A stretch of 32,000 bases of DNA from NCBI RefSeq assembly GCF_003367075.2, contig NZ_CP065936.1:660001-692000 (forward strand), in the 5' to 3' direction. This document shows, in pieces, positions 8,299 to 17,321 of this stretch (positions are counted from its first letter, which is position 1; each line of letters opens with the position of its first letter). A model generated the notes under the pieces. It was not told where the DNA came from and did not search any database. It saw only the letters and a program-made list of their open reading frames with translations. The position numbers and the translations under genes are program-made. This DNA is from Cylindrospermopsis raciborskii Cr2010. Its GTDB lineage: Bacteria > Cyanobacteriota > Cyanobacteriia > Cyanobacteriales > Nostocaceae.

Positions 8299-9846
8299 CT
8301 AACTGCGAATAACGGTAATAGTGCGTCCCCCTGGACTAATAGCTTGCTCCGTACTAATTCTCTCTCCCATGGGTGGTAACCCCGCACGGCGATCGAAAAT
8401 CACTAACCAACCTGTATCCAATCCTAAACCATCCAGATATTTATCCAATTGGATCAAACCCTGGGTTAGCGGATCTAACTTTTCTTTCCGCACCTTTAAC
8501 TCTATGCCCATCACCACTTTGCCATAGCGCAAACAAATATCCATCCTCCCAGAACCAATGGCATATTCTCGTTCTAACGTACCACCACCATTCACTACCC
8601 GATGCAAAAATGCCATTAACACCAAGTGAGGAGCAATCTCATGGTAGGGCGCACTTTTGAGCAGTGGTTCCCCATGTTGTCGCCAAAATTCCAAAAAAGA
8701 GTCTAATAGGATTTGAGGGTTGAGTGTGCCATCAGGGTTTAACCAGTTGGGTTCCACCGAAGTTAAAGAGGCGATCGCCACGGAGGCTAAAGCTTTAGGT
8801 AAAATCTCTCGATAAATAGGGTTAGCAATTTCCAGTCCACCCCCGCGATCGCGACGGCATAAACCCAGATCTAACACGTATCGTAAGTTATCTTCTGGCG
8901 TATCAGCTAAGTCTTCACCAGCTAACATAGGTTGAATAATGTCCCTGACCCTATCTTCCCGTAATCTTTCTGCCAAGCTATCTAAATGGGTATCCTGGCG
9001 TCGAATCAGAATTTCCTTGGCTTGGTTAATCACTTCAGCAGTAATGGGTTGGGTGATATCTTTCACTAAAACCTGAGTAGCTTGACGAGCTAGGGCGTTA
9101 ACTAACCACGGTTGTCCATCGGTCAAATAAAATGCCTGATGGATGGCTTCCGGGGTAAACACCTGTCCCGTAGCTTGCGTATGTTGTAAGTAAAGTTCTT
9201 CTACTTCTGATAAAGTAAAATTACTGAGGGTTAAAGACTCAGCCTTGATATTGAAAGGACTGGAAGTATTAAGTCTTTTACTTCCACCGGATTTAACCTT
9301 ATAGTCCCGCACATCCCGCATACCAATCAACCCCACCGAATGGGGAAACGCCCGGGGACGACGGGGAAAACCCGAACGTAATTGTCTTAAAATAAAGATT
9401 AAAGCTTCATCTGTCAGGGAATCTATTTCATCTAAAAAGATTACAAGAGGTCTTGGAGATTGGGTAGACCACTCACTTAAAGTTTTGCCTATTCCTGAGT
9501 CTGTTTCACCCTCTGGCCAATAGGATGGTTGTAGTTCTTTGGGTAAGTAAAACTTAATTGCCTGTTTCCATTCTTGTAAAATAACCTGCTCCGCTTGCTG
9601 GGGATTATGGGAAAATCCCGATCCTACTTCCACAGAGAGCATGACGGCGGTGTATTCCCCACTATCAGTCAATTCTTGAGCTAGAGCTATCATAGCGGTG
9701 GTTTTGCCTACTTGTCGCGGCGCATGAATGATAAAGTAATTGCGACCATCAATTAGTGCTTTCAAATCCGGTAGTCGAACCGTTGGGGAGAGCATATAGT
9801 GGATATCAGATTGGCAAGGACCAGCAGTATTAAAGTGTTTGGGCAT
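8299..9846 (-). CDS. P-loop ATPase with a C-terminal PD-(D/E)XK-like module (AAA-ATPase-like plus PDDEXK-type architecture)
   Basis: 515 aa. Walker A is HAPRQVGKTTAM and Walker B is LVIFLDEIDSL. The C-terminus has GRMDICLRYGKVVMGIELKVRKEK (D...E-x-K). The architecture is the same as the ORF at 22514..24082. Confidence 0.6.
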   Translation of the reverse strand: MPKHFNTAGPCQSDIHYMLSPTVRLPDLKALIDGRNYFIIHAPRQVGKTTAMIALAQELTDSGEYTAVMLSVEVGSGFSHNPQQAEQVILQEWKQAIKFYLPKELQPSYWPEGETDSGIGKTLSEWSTQSPRPLVIFLDEIDSLTDEALIFILRQLRSGFPRRPRAFPHSVGLIGMRDVRDYKVKSGGSKRLNTSSPFNIKAESLTLSNFTLSEVEELYLQHTQATGQVFTPEAIHQAFYLTDGQPWLVNALARQATQVLVKDITQPITAEVINQAKEILIRRQDTHLDSLAERLREDRVRDIIQPMLAGEDLADTPEDNLRYVLDLGLCRRDRGGGLEIANPIYREILPKALASVAIASLTSVEPNWLNPDGTLNPQILLDSFLEFWRQHGEPLLKSAPYHEIAPHLVLMAFLHRVVNGGGTLEREYAIGSGRMDICLRYGKVVMGIELKVRKEKLDPLTQGLIQLDKYLDGLGLDTGWLVIFDRRAGLPPMGERISTEQAISPGGRTITVIRS

Positions 9847-9980
9847 GGTGAGAAGGAGTTTTTAAAAATAACCTTACCGATTTTATTCTAGAACCTCTAT
9901 AGACCAGCTCATAAGGGATCTTCATTGAAACCAGCACCCAACACCCTCAACTCATGGCATTACTCAAATAATACGCCATA

Positions 9981-10011
9981 AAAAAAGCCCCCCACCAGGT
10001 GAGGAGCTTTT
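9981..10011 (-). terminator. Rho-independent terminator of psbA
   Basis: The minus strand reads GCTCCTC-ACCTGGT-GGGGGGC (7-bp stem including 2 G:U pairs) followed by TTTTTTT. It starts about 30 nt after the psbA stop. Confidence 0.65.
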
Positions 10012-10038
10012 CATTTACCAGTATTGGTTATTAAATTA

Positions 10039-11121
10039 TTAACCGTTGATTGCGGGAGCGGTTAATGCTACAGGTGCTACTTCACCAGCAGCTAGGTCTA
10101 AGGGGAAGTTGTGCGCATTACGCTCGTGCATTACTTCCATACCTAGGTTAGCGCGGTTGATTACGTCAGCCCATGTACCGATTACCCGTCCTTGAGAATC
10201 AATGATGGATTGGTTGAAGTTGAATCCATTCAGGTTGAATGCCATGGTGCTTACACCCAGTGCTGTAAACCAGATTCCTACTACTGGCCATGCTGCCAAG
10301 AAGAAGTGTAGTGAACGGCTGTTGTTGAATGAAGCATATTGGAATATCAATCGTCCGAAGTAACCGTGTGCTGCTACGATGTTGTAGGTTTCTTCCTCTT
10401 GTCCGAACTTGTAACCATAGTTCTGAGACTCGGTTTCGGTTGTTTCTCTTACTAAGGAAGATGTTACCAAGGAACCGTGCATAGCGCTGAACAAGCTACC
10501 ACCGAATACACCTGCTACTCCTAGCATGTGGAAGGGGTGCATGAGGATGTTATGCTCTGCTTGGAACACAATCATGAAGTTGAAGGTTCCAGAGATGCCT
10601 AAAGGCATACCATCAGAGAAGGAACCTTGTCCGATGGGGTAGATTAAGAATACTGCGGTAGCTGCTGCCAAAGGAGCGGAGAATGCTACGCAAATCCAAG
10701 GGCGCATGCCTAAACGGAAGGATAGTTCCCATTCACGACCTAGGTAGCAGGCTACACCAATCAAGAAGTGGAAAATTACTAGTTGGTAAGGACCACCGTT
10801 GTATAACCATTCATCTAAGGATGCAGCTTCCCAAATTGGGTAGAAGTGCAAACCAATAGCGTTGGAGGAGGGAACAACAGCACCAGAGATGATGTTGTTA
10901 CCGTACATTAAGGAACCAGCTACGGGTTCGCGGATACCGTCGATGTCAACGGGGGGAGCAGCAATGAAAGCAATGATGAAGCAAGTGGTAGCTGCAAGTA
11001 GGGTGGGGATCATTAACACGCCGAACCAGCCAATATAAAGGCGGTTGTTGGTGCTGGTGATAAATTCACAGAAGCGATCCCATACGTTGGCGCTTTGGCG
11101 CTGTTGAATGGTGGTGGTCAT
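10039..11121 (-). CDS. psbA: Photosystem II reaction-centre protein D1
   Basis: A 360-aa canonical D1 ([42 protein letters not shown]...[13 protein letters not shown]) with a 16-residue C-terminal extension [16 protein letters not shown]. Residue 130 is Glu. Confidence 0.98.
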   Translation of the reverse strand: MTTTIQQRQSANVWDRFCEFITSTNNRLYIGWFGVLMIPTLLAATTCFIIAFIAAPPVDIDGIREPVAGSLMYGNNIISGAVVPSSNAIGLHFYPIWEAASLDEWLYNGGPYQLVIFHFLIGVACYLGREWELSFRLGMRPWICVAFSAPLAAATAVFLIYPIGQGSFSDGMPLGISGTFNFMIVFQAEHNILMHPFHMLGVAGVFGGSLFSAMHGSLVTSSLVRETTETESQNYGYKFGQEEETYNIVAAHGYFGRLIFQYASFNNSRSLHFFLAAWPVVGIWFTALGVSTMAFNLNGFNFNQSIIDSQGRVIGTWADVINRANLGMEVMHERNAHNFPLDLAAGEVAPVALTAPAING

Positions 11122-11189
11122 GTTTTTATAAATGCGGTTTAACCGAAGGTTTATGTATGTTCAGGTAGGTGTTTCTACCTTATGAACTT

Positions 11190-11218
11190 ATATTAAGACA
11201 GATGTTTAGTTTTGTAAA
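11190..11218 (-). promoter_or_regulatory. Candidate psbA promoter (TTTACA-N17-TAATAT)
   Basis: The minus strand reads TTTACA aaactaaacatctgtct TAATAT. The -10 element lies about 70 nt upstream of the ATG at 11121, which fits the short psbA 5' UTRs known in cyanobacteria. Confidence 0.5.
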
Positions 11219-11788
11219 GGGGTTTTTACAAAAATTTTTAATAATTTTGCCAATTAGGGATTTTGCTATATGTAGTAAGGATTTTCGACTACTGTAGGTA
11301 TTTTATATGTATGTAGATCAGATTTTTTTTATACATTTAATTATAATCATCCCGGATAGTTGAGTTTCTTATTAAACTCAAGCTACAAGATTGGTGAAGT
11401 GTTTAGAGAGGCGATCGCACGACTATTTTAGTCAAGGAATATTTGCGCAATTCGGGACTAGAATTTGCAGCTGGTAACCAGTTCGGTACTGATACCTATT
11501 TTCCCTTCTTTAGGGCCCAGCTGAAGGCGGTCAACTTTCCCGCAAACACACGGCAAAGCCCCTAAAGGTTAAGCAAAGGGGAATTAATTGCCAAATCTCC
11601 CCCACTGCGGTTTAAAACTGGTAAATGAGGCTTTTAACCTGATGATTAAATTGTCTATAGCTGACAATATAGACCTCCAAGTTATAGTGTTTATAAAGAA
11701 CTAGGGAGCGGCGAATAGCTTGGATAATCCACTCCATTTTAATTTTAAACTCTTGTGTGGACTTGTGATAATATGTTTGCCACGCGAG

Positions 11789-11816
11789 CTCCCATAGGGA
11801 GTGCTTCGCGATCGCC
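11789..11816. repeat. 28-bp repeat CTCCCATAGGGAGTGCTTCGC(A/G)ATCGCC, copy B
   Basis: Direct repeat of 8271..8298. This copy contains a full HIP1 site. Confidence 0.8.
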
Positions 11817-11914
11817 TGTGATTTCTATATACTCCTAAATAAGACCACAGATATTTTTAAAAACCAAAACCAAAGTGCTAAAACTGAGTCGATGATTTTA
11901 ATTTGTAACTGTTA

Positions 11915-12226
11915 TCAAGCTAATTCCTCAAAAACAATATCCTCATAAACCGACTGAATGGGAAAACTTAAATCAATACTTTGTAGCTCGATATTATCCC
12001 CCGACTGATAATTAAAAATCTCCCAATTACCCCGATCATTTTTGCGGTATAAATCAATCGCTATTTTCTCAGCATCAACTAAAAGATAATCTTGCAAACT
12101 AGGATTGCGACGATACAATCTAAATTTATCCCCTCGGTCATAACTGGCCGTACTGGGAGATAAAACCTCAACAATTAGACAGGGATATTGAATTGCTTGG
12201 ATTGCAGTGCGATCGCCCTCGTCACA
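11915..12226 (-). pseudogene. 5'-truncated Uma2 (DUF820) family endonuclease remnant
   Basis: The minus frame is open from directly after the phnE stop: CDEGDRTAIQAIQYPCLIVEVLSPSTASYDRGDKFRLYRRNPSLQDYLLVDAEK... It contains the Uma2 core (EVLSPST...D..K...Y) but has only about 103 codons and no ATG. The track ORF 11915..12118 starts at a TTG. Confidence 0.65.
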
Positions 12227-13048
12227 CTAAACCAACCAACTTCTTATCTTAGCAGATAACAAATCAATTATAGCAGTAGCTGCTACTAGAACAATTAAAA
12301 TCGCACAGACTTTTTGATATTGGAAAGCGCCAAAGCTTTGATAAAGTGAAACACCTATGCCACCAGCTCCCACTATGCCCAGAACAGAAGCGGAGCGGAC
12401 ATTAGATTCAAATCTATAAAGCGTAAAAGAAGTCCACAAAGGCATAACCTGGGGAATCACACCATAAATGACCTCTTGAATATGACTAGCACCAGTAGCT
12501 CTAATCCCATCCACTGGACCCGGTTCAATAGATTCTACTGCTTCAGAGAACAATTTACCCAATACTCCAGTGGTGTGTACAAATAAGGCCAATACCCCTG
12601 CAAAGGGACCTAACCCCACTGCCACTACAAATATCAATGCAAACACTATTTCATTAATAGCACGCATAGCATCTAATACTCGCCTTGTTGGTTGCACAAT
12701 CCATATTGGGCACATATTATTGGATGCTAGGATGGATAAGGGAACAGAAACGATCGCCGCCATTAGGGTTCCCCAGAGTCCCATAGAAATTGTAATTACA
12801 GTTTCAGAAAAGTAATATCCCCAGTCGGAAAAGTCTGGTAGAAAATATGATTTAACATACTCCACCATATTGTCTCCACGTTGCAAAAGCACTAAGAAAT
12901 TTAATTCACTTTGTAGATAGGAGGCAATAAGGGCCACAGCAATTGCTAAAACTAACAGAACTTTTTTGGTAGTGACAAGTTTGGCTTCTTTCTCTAACAT
13001 TGCCAAGACATTAGGAGAAGAAACTGGGGTTTCTAATTTCGGGGACAT
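12227..13048 (-). CDS. phnE: Phosphonate ABC transporter permease PhnE
   Basis: 273-aa polytopic membrane protein downstream of phnC-phnD. It shows the binding-protein-dependent permease layout and the EAVESIEPGPVDGIRATGAS region typical of PhnE. Confidence 0.85.
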   Translation of the reverse strand: MSPKLETPVSSPNVLAMLEKEAKLVTTKKVLLVLAIAVALIASYLQSELNFLVLLQRGDNMVEYVKSYFLPDFSDWGYYFSETVITISMGLWGTLMAAIVSVPLSILASNNMCPIWIVQPTRRVLDAMRAINEIVFALIFVVAVGLGPFAGVLALFVHTTGVLGKLFSEAVESIEPGPVDGIRATGASHIQEVIYGVIPQVMPLWTSFTLYRFESNVRSASVLGIVGAGGIGVSLYQSFGAFQYQKVCAILIVLVAATAIIDLLSAKIRSWLV

Positions 13049-13191
13049 GCTCGTATACGCCTAGATTTAATACTATTATACTTGGTGGAGTTATCTATTG
13101 AGAGTAGACCTTCTCTGTTTTCAGGTAGCTGTTGATCTCTAACTTAGTTTTTAAAAATCAACAGCTGATAATTACTGGCAATTAAGTGGTA

Positions 13192-14202
13192 TTAACGTCC
13201 TTGCAGTTTTCGTAGTTGGCTATTCAAGTTGTTTAATTTTTGTTTATCCGCAGGGGTTAGATCAGTTTTAGCCTCCAAGTCCAAAACCTGTTTAGCAAGA
13301 TCCAATTCTCGAATAGGGTTCCAGGTTTTATCATTAGCCGGTATTAACGCTGACCACTGCAAAGGTTCTAAGATTTTTTTGTCTTTGAAATTGTAGAAGA
13401 AATTCTGCAGTTTTTTCTTCACATCAGCTGGTAAATCTTTACGATAAGCTATGGGATCACTAGGGATAATTGGTGATGTCCAGATGATCTCAATGTTCTG
13501 TCTGGCTGAGGGCCTAGTTTTTTCCAGTCTTTCTAGAGACTCATTATTATTAGTGGCTACATCCACCTGGTTATTGGCGACTGCTAAAGCTGTAGCTTCA
13601 TGACTACCTGAGAAAATTAAGCGTTTAAAAACTTTCTTGGGGTCAACTTTATTTTTACCAAATACATAGTAACTAGGTACTAAAAACCCAGAGGTAGAGT
13701 TAGGGTCGTTAAACGCAAAAGTTAATTTACTCGCATTTCGGATCACATATTTATCCCCACCCTGTTTCTTTGCTGCTGCTGTAATTGGACTACTCTTATT
13801 GGCAATTAGATGGGCATAGTAACCTTTTTTTCCATCGCTAGAAACAGTTTGGGCAAAGGCTTCTGCATTGGCAATTTTAGCAGCTTCAATATAGGATTTA
13901 CCTCCATACCAAGCTATTTGCACCTGACCAAAACGCATGGCTTCAATTACCCCCGCATATTGGGTAGCATAAAAAGCTCGCACAGGAATGCCTATGGAAG
14001 TTGATAACGCCGCAATAAATGGTTCCCAAAGGGGTCTTTGATTGGCTTGGGATTCCGTGGAAATGATACCGAAGTTCAGTTCTTTTATTTGTTGGGCTTG
14101 TACTGGCTCAATACCCTTGTTACCAATGGTGGCAATGACTTGAGTACCTAGTAAAGACGCACCAAATAAAGCGGAGCTTTCAATGAATGATCTGCGTTTC
14201 AT
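13192..14202 (-). CDS. phnD: Phosphonate/phosphite ABC transporter substrate-binding protein PhnD
   Basis: LNFGIISTES...YAGVIEAMRFGQVQIAWYGGKSY is the PhnD signature block. The N-terminus MKRRSFIESSALFGASLLG resembles a twin-arginine signal. Ligand specificity (phosphonate or phosphite) cannot be read from the sequence. Confidence 0.85.
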   Translation of the reverse strand: MKRRSFIESSALFGASLLGTQVIATIGNKGIEPVQAQQIKELNFGIISTESQANQRPLWEPFIAALSTSIGIPVRAFYATQYAGVIEAMRFGQVQIAWYGGKSYIEAAKIANAEAFAQTVSSDGKKGYYAHLIANKSSPITAAAKKQGGDKYVIRNASKLTFAFNDPNSTSGFLVPSYYVFGKNKVDPKKVFKRLIFSGSHEATALAVANNQVDVATNNNESLERLEKTRPSARQNIEIIWTSPIIPSDPIAYRKDLPADVKKKLQNFFYNFKDKKILEPLQWSALIPANDKTWNPIRELDLAKQVLDLEAKTDLTPADKQKLNNLNSQLRKLQGR

Positions 14203-14285
14203 GGCTATTCCTCAATGATGTTTTATAAGTGATATTTTCTTCTGGTGCGCAAGATTTAAGTGCGGAAAAAACTCGAGTTTAGAAA

Positions 14286-15071
14286 TCATAGCAGCACTTC
14301 ACCATGTCCTCGCATTACCAATTCTTCCACAGCTGCACCATAAATTTGGTTTAGTTTCCTATCATCCAATTCTACGGTTGCGCCATCGAATTTTACTTCT
14401 CCATCCTTCAAGGCAATTACCCTACTAAAGTAGTTTCTTACCATTTGAATTTGATGTAAAGAGGCTACTACACTAATTCCATTATCTCGGTTAAGTTGCA
14501 CCAGCAACTCCATTACTTTACGTGCTGACTCTGGGTCTAATGAAGCAATGGGTTCATCCGCTAATATAATCTTTGCCCTCTGAACTAAACAACGAGCAAT
14601 GGCTACCCTTTGCTGTTGTCCTCCCGAAATTGTAGAGGCTCGCTTGTAAGCATGCTCAAGAATTCCGACCTGTTCCAGCGCAGCTAGGGCTTGAATCTTT
14701 TCTTCTTTAGTAAACAAATGTAATGTTGAACGAAAGGGAGAGACTCTGGCCAGGTTACCAACCAAAACATTCTCAATTACTGTCAACCGATTTACTAGAT
14801 TAAACTGCTGGAAAATACAACCAATGCGACTGCGTAACAGTCTGACTTTCGAATGTAGTTTTCCCTGACTTTGCAAGGTGGTACCATATACGGTGACCTC
14901 ACCAGCATCAGCAGTTTGTAAGCCATTAATGTGCCGCAAGAGTGTGGACTTTCCTGAACCGGATGCACCAATTAGGGCTACCATGTCCCCCTCATATATG
15001 CTACATGACACTTGTTTTAGTGCCACTTTGCCTTTAAAACTCTTGGAAACATTGTTAATCGTAATACTCAC
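14286..15071 (-). CDS. phnC: Phosphonate ABC transporter ATP-binding protein PhnC
   Basis: GTG start. Walker A is GASGSGKST, the signature is SGGQQQRVAIARC, and Walker B is ILADEPIASLD. It is the first gene of the phnC-D-E order. Confidence 0.9.
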   Translation of the reverse strand: MSITINNVSKSFKGKVALKQVSCSIYEGDMVALIGASGSGKSTLLRHINGLQTADAGEVTVYGTTLQSQGKLHSKVRLLRSRIGCIFQQFNLVNRLTVIENVLVGNLARVSPFRSTLHLFTKEEKIQALAALEQVGILEHAYKRASTISGGQQQRVAIARCLVQRAKIILADEPIASLDPESARKVMELLVQLNRDNGISVVASLHQIQMVRNYFSRVIALKDGEVKFDGATVELDDRKLNQIYGAAVEELVMRGHGEVLL

Positions 15072-15110
15072 TGTGGTTGTTGTTGATTCATGGTCTAGTT
15101 TGACCCTAGA

Positions 15111-15140
15111 TTAACAGCGGTTGGTTAAGTAATAGTTAAG
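15111..15140 (-). promoter_or_regulatory. Candidate Pho box upstream of phnC
   Basis: The minus strand reads CTTAACTA-tta-CTTAACCA-acc-GCTGTTAA. The first two 8-mers fit the cyanobacterial PyTTAAPyPy(T/A) unit with 11-bp periodicity, and the third is degenerate. The site is 40-70 nt upstream of the phnC start. Confidence 0.35.
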
Positions 15141-15302
15141 TAAAGGATAATTTTAGATGTAAGATGTAATATCGGGTTTCCTAAGATTGGATGAAGATTA
15201 GCAATCACCACCTCAGTCAAACCAACCTACGTTAAATGGCAAAGCGCAAAACTGATTTTTTGGGTAAAATGGGAGATAAATTGTTGGGAAACGTATAGCA
15301 CT

Positions 15303-16322
15303 ATGGCTTCAGCCGTTTTAATCGAACATCTAAGGAAAAGCTACGGTAAGGTCGTCGCAGTCAAAGATGTGTCTTTTGAGGTACAATCGGGAGAAATCTT
15401 TGGTTTACTTGGTCCCAATGGTGCAGGTAAAACTACTACTCTCCGCGCTCTTTGTACTCTGACTACCCCAGATGCTGGAAAAGTTCAAGTTTCGGGTATA
15501 TCTGTTGTGGACCATCCCAAATTGGCACGACAAAGGTTGGGTTATGTCGCTCAGGAGGTAGCCATAGATAAGATATTAACAGGTAGAGAACTATTACAAC
15601 TGCAAGCAGCTCTTTACCATCTACCCGGTGCAGCAATCAAGGAGCGAATTGCTAAGGTTTTGGAGTTGCTTGGTTTACAGGAATATGCAGATCAAAAAAC
15701 TGGAACCTATTCTGGTGGTTTACGTAAACGTCTAGATCTAGCAGCTGGGTTGTTACATTCCCCAGATGTGTTAGTTTTGGATGAACCAACGGTAGGATTG
15801 GACATAGAAAGTCGAATTGTAGTCTGGGATTTCTTGCGCAAATTACGAGCAGCTGGTACTACTGTAGTCATCACTAGTCACTATTTAGAAGAGATTGATG
15901 CTTTGGCAGATAAAGTGGCAATCATAGATAAGGGTCTGGTAATTGCTGCTGGTACACCTGCTCAATTAAAAGATCAAGTGGGAGGCGATCGCATTACTTT
16001 GCGCATCCGGGAGTTTTCACATCAGGAGGAAGCAGAAAAGGCCAAGAACTTATTGGCGACTCTACCTTTTGTGCAGGAAATAATCATTAATTCCGCCCAG
16101 GGAAATTCTTTGAATTTAGTTGTTACCCCGCAAAATGATGCCCTAATTACTATTCAGCAGACTTTAAGTAATGTAGGTCTACCAATTTTTGGTATTGCCC
16201 AATCCCGTCCCAGTTTAGATGATGTTTACTTGGCTGCTACTGGTAAGACATTAATGGATGCGGAGTTAGCAGCGGTAGCTAATCGTGATCCTAAAGCTGA
16301 GAAAAAGCAAAATATGAGATAG
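15303..16322 (+). CDS. ABC transporter ATP-binding protein (DrrA/ABC-2 exporter type)
   Basis: Walker A is GPNGAGKTT, the signature is YSGGLRKRLDLA, and Walker B is VLVLDEPTVGLD. An ABC-2 permease gene follows. Confidence 0.9.
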   Translation: MASAVLIEHLRKSYGKVVAVKDVSFEVQSGEIFGLLGPNGAGKTTTLRALCTLTTPDAGKVQVSGISVVDHPKLARQRLGYVAQEVAIDKILTGRELLQLQAALYHLPGAAIKERIAKVLELLGLQEYADQKTGTYSGGLRKRLDLAAGLLHSPDVLVLDEPTVGLDIESRIVVWDFLRKLRAAGTTVVITSHYLEEIDALADKVAIIDKGLVIAAGTPAQLKDQVGGDRITLRIREFSHQEEAEKAKNLLATLPFVQEIIINSAQGNSLNLVVTPQNDALITIQQTLSNVGLPIFGIAQSRPSLDDVYLAATGKTLMDAELAAVANRDPKAEKKQNMR

Positions 16323-16409
16323 GTTGGCAATATACAATCCTAACCAGTTGGTCAAGGGACCTAAGAATCCTCATATATTCATCAATAACTTCGCCCAATC
16401 TAAATCATT

Positions 16410-17288
16410 ATGAAGACAGATATCAATTTACCATCAGTTACTTCTCCCTCCCTTATGGTCTCTGAAACTGGATCTAGTTTTATAGGAGAAATCACTCAAG
16501 AAACCTTAGCTCTAACCCGTCGTCTATTTATTCAACTACAGCGTCGTCCTTCTACCCTCATAGCTGGTATTATTCAACCAGTAATGTGGTTAGTGTTATT
16601 CGGCGCATTGTTCCAAAATGCCCCCCAGGGTTTATTTGGTTCCACTGCCAATTACGGACAATTTTTAGCTGCTGGTGTGATAGTATTTACCGCTTTTGCT
16701 GGGGCTTTAAATGCCGGTTTACCGGTTATGTTTGATCGGGAATTTGGCTTTTTAAACCGGTTACTGGTAGCACCTTTAGCTTCTCGGTTTTCTATTGTGT
16801 TTGCTTCTGCTATTTTCATCATTAGCCAAAGTTTACTTCAAGCAGCAGTGATAGTCGGTGCAGCAGCAATGCTAGGAGCAGGACTACCAGATATTAATGG
16901 ACTAGTGGCGATCGCCTTGATCGTATTTTTACTGGCATTGGGAGTTACAGCTATTTCCCTGGGTTTGGCCTTTGCTTTGCCTGGACACATAGAACTAATA
17001 GCAGTAATTTTTGTAAGTAATTTACCTCTATTATTTGCTAGTACAGCCTTAGCTCCATTATCTTTCATGCCAGAGTGGTTAAAAATCGTAGTTGCTCTCA
17101 ACCCTTTGAGCTATGCCATAGAACCAATTAGGCATTTATATCTCAATAGTGATTGGGAACTAAATGATGTGGTGATGGAGGTGTTTTGGGGTAATGTTAG
17201 CTTTGGAGGATCCTTGTTAGTATTATTGGGATTTGCAATAGTGGCTTTATTAAGCATTCAATCCCAATTACGCAAAACCTTAGCCTAA
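16410..17288 (+). CDS. ABC-2 type transporter permease
   Basis: A 292-aa protein with about six hydrophobic segments, located directly downstream of the DrrA-like ATPase. Confidence 0.8.
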   Translation: MKTDINLPSVTSPSLMVSETGSSFIGEITQETLALTRRLFIQLQRRPSTLIAGIIQPVMWLVLFGALFQNAPQGLFGSTANYGQFLAAGVIVFTAFAGALNAGLPVMFDREFGFLNRLLVAPLASRFSIVFASAIFIISQSLLQAAVIVGAAAMLGAGLPDINGLVAIALIVFLLALGVTAISLGLAFALPGHIELIAVIFVSNLPLLFASTALAPLSFMPEWLKIVVALNPLSYAIEPIRHLYLNSDWELNDVVMEVFWGNVSFGGSLLVLLGFAIVALLSIQSQLRKTLA

Positions 17289-17321
17289 CCTTGTTAAAAC
17301 AGACAAAACGGAGGGGAAATC

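Noticed and set aside
8166-8660. Four small track ORFs (8166..8387 -, 8191..8379 +, 8321..8527 +, 8373..8660 +) around the 3' end of the ATPase gene
   Set aside because: They overlap the well-supported 515-aa ATPase ORF or the intergenic repeat/hairpin region. They have no recognisable motifs or RBS and look like frame shadows.
10039-11121. Possibility that psbA here is prophage (cyanophage)-derived
   Set aside because: The D1 sequence and its 16-residue C-terminal extension look like ordinary host D1. There are no phage structural or integrase genes nearby, and HIP1 sites occur in the flanks.
11400-11914. About 500 bp of ORF-free sequence between the psbA upstream region and the Uma2 remnant, scanned for tRNA/ncRNA or transposase debris
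   Set aside because: I found no tRNA-like T-arm or anticodon architecture and no recognisable protein fragment in any frame. Only small hairpins and the 28-bp repeat are present, so it is left unannotated.
12570-15114. Plus-strand ORFs 12570..12815, 13810..14004 and 14878..15114 opposite phnE, phnD and phnC
   Set aside because: They are antisense shadows of confidently identified phnCDE genes.
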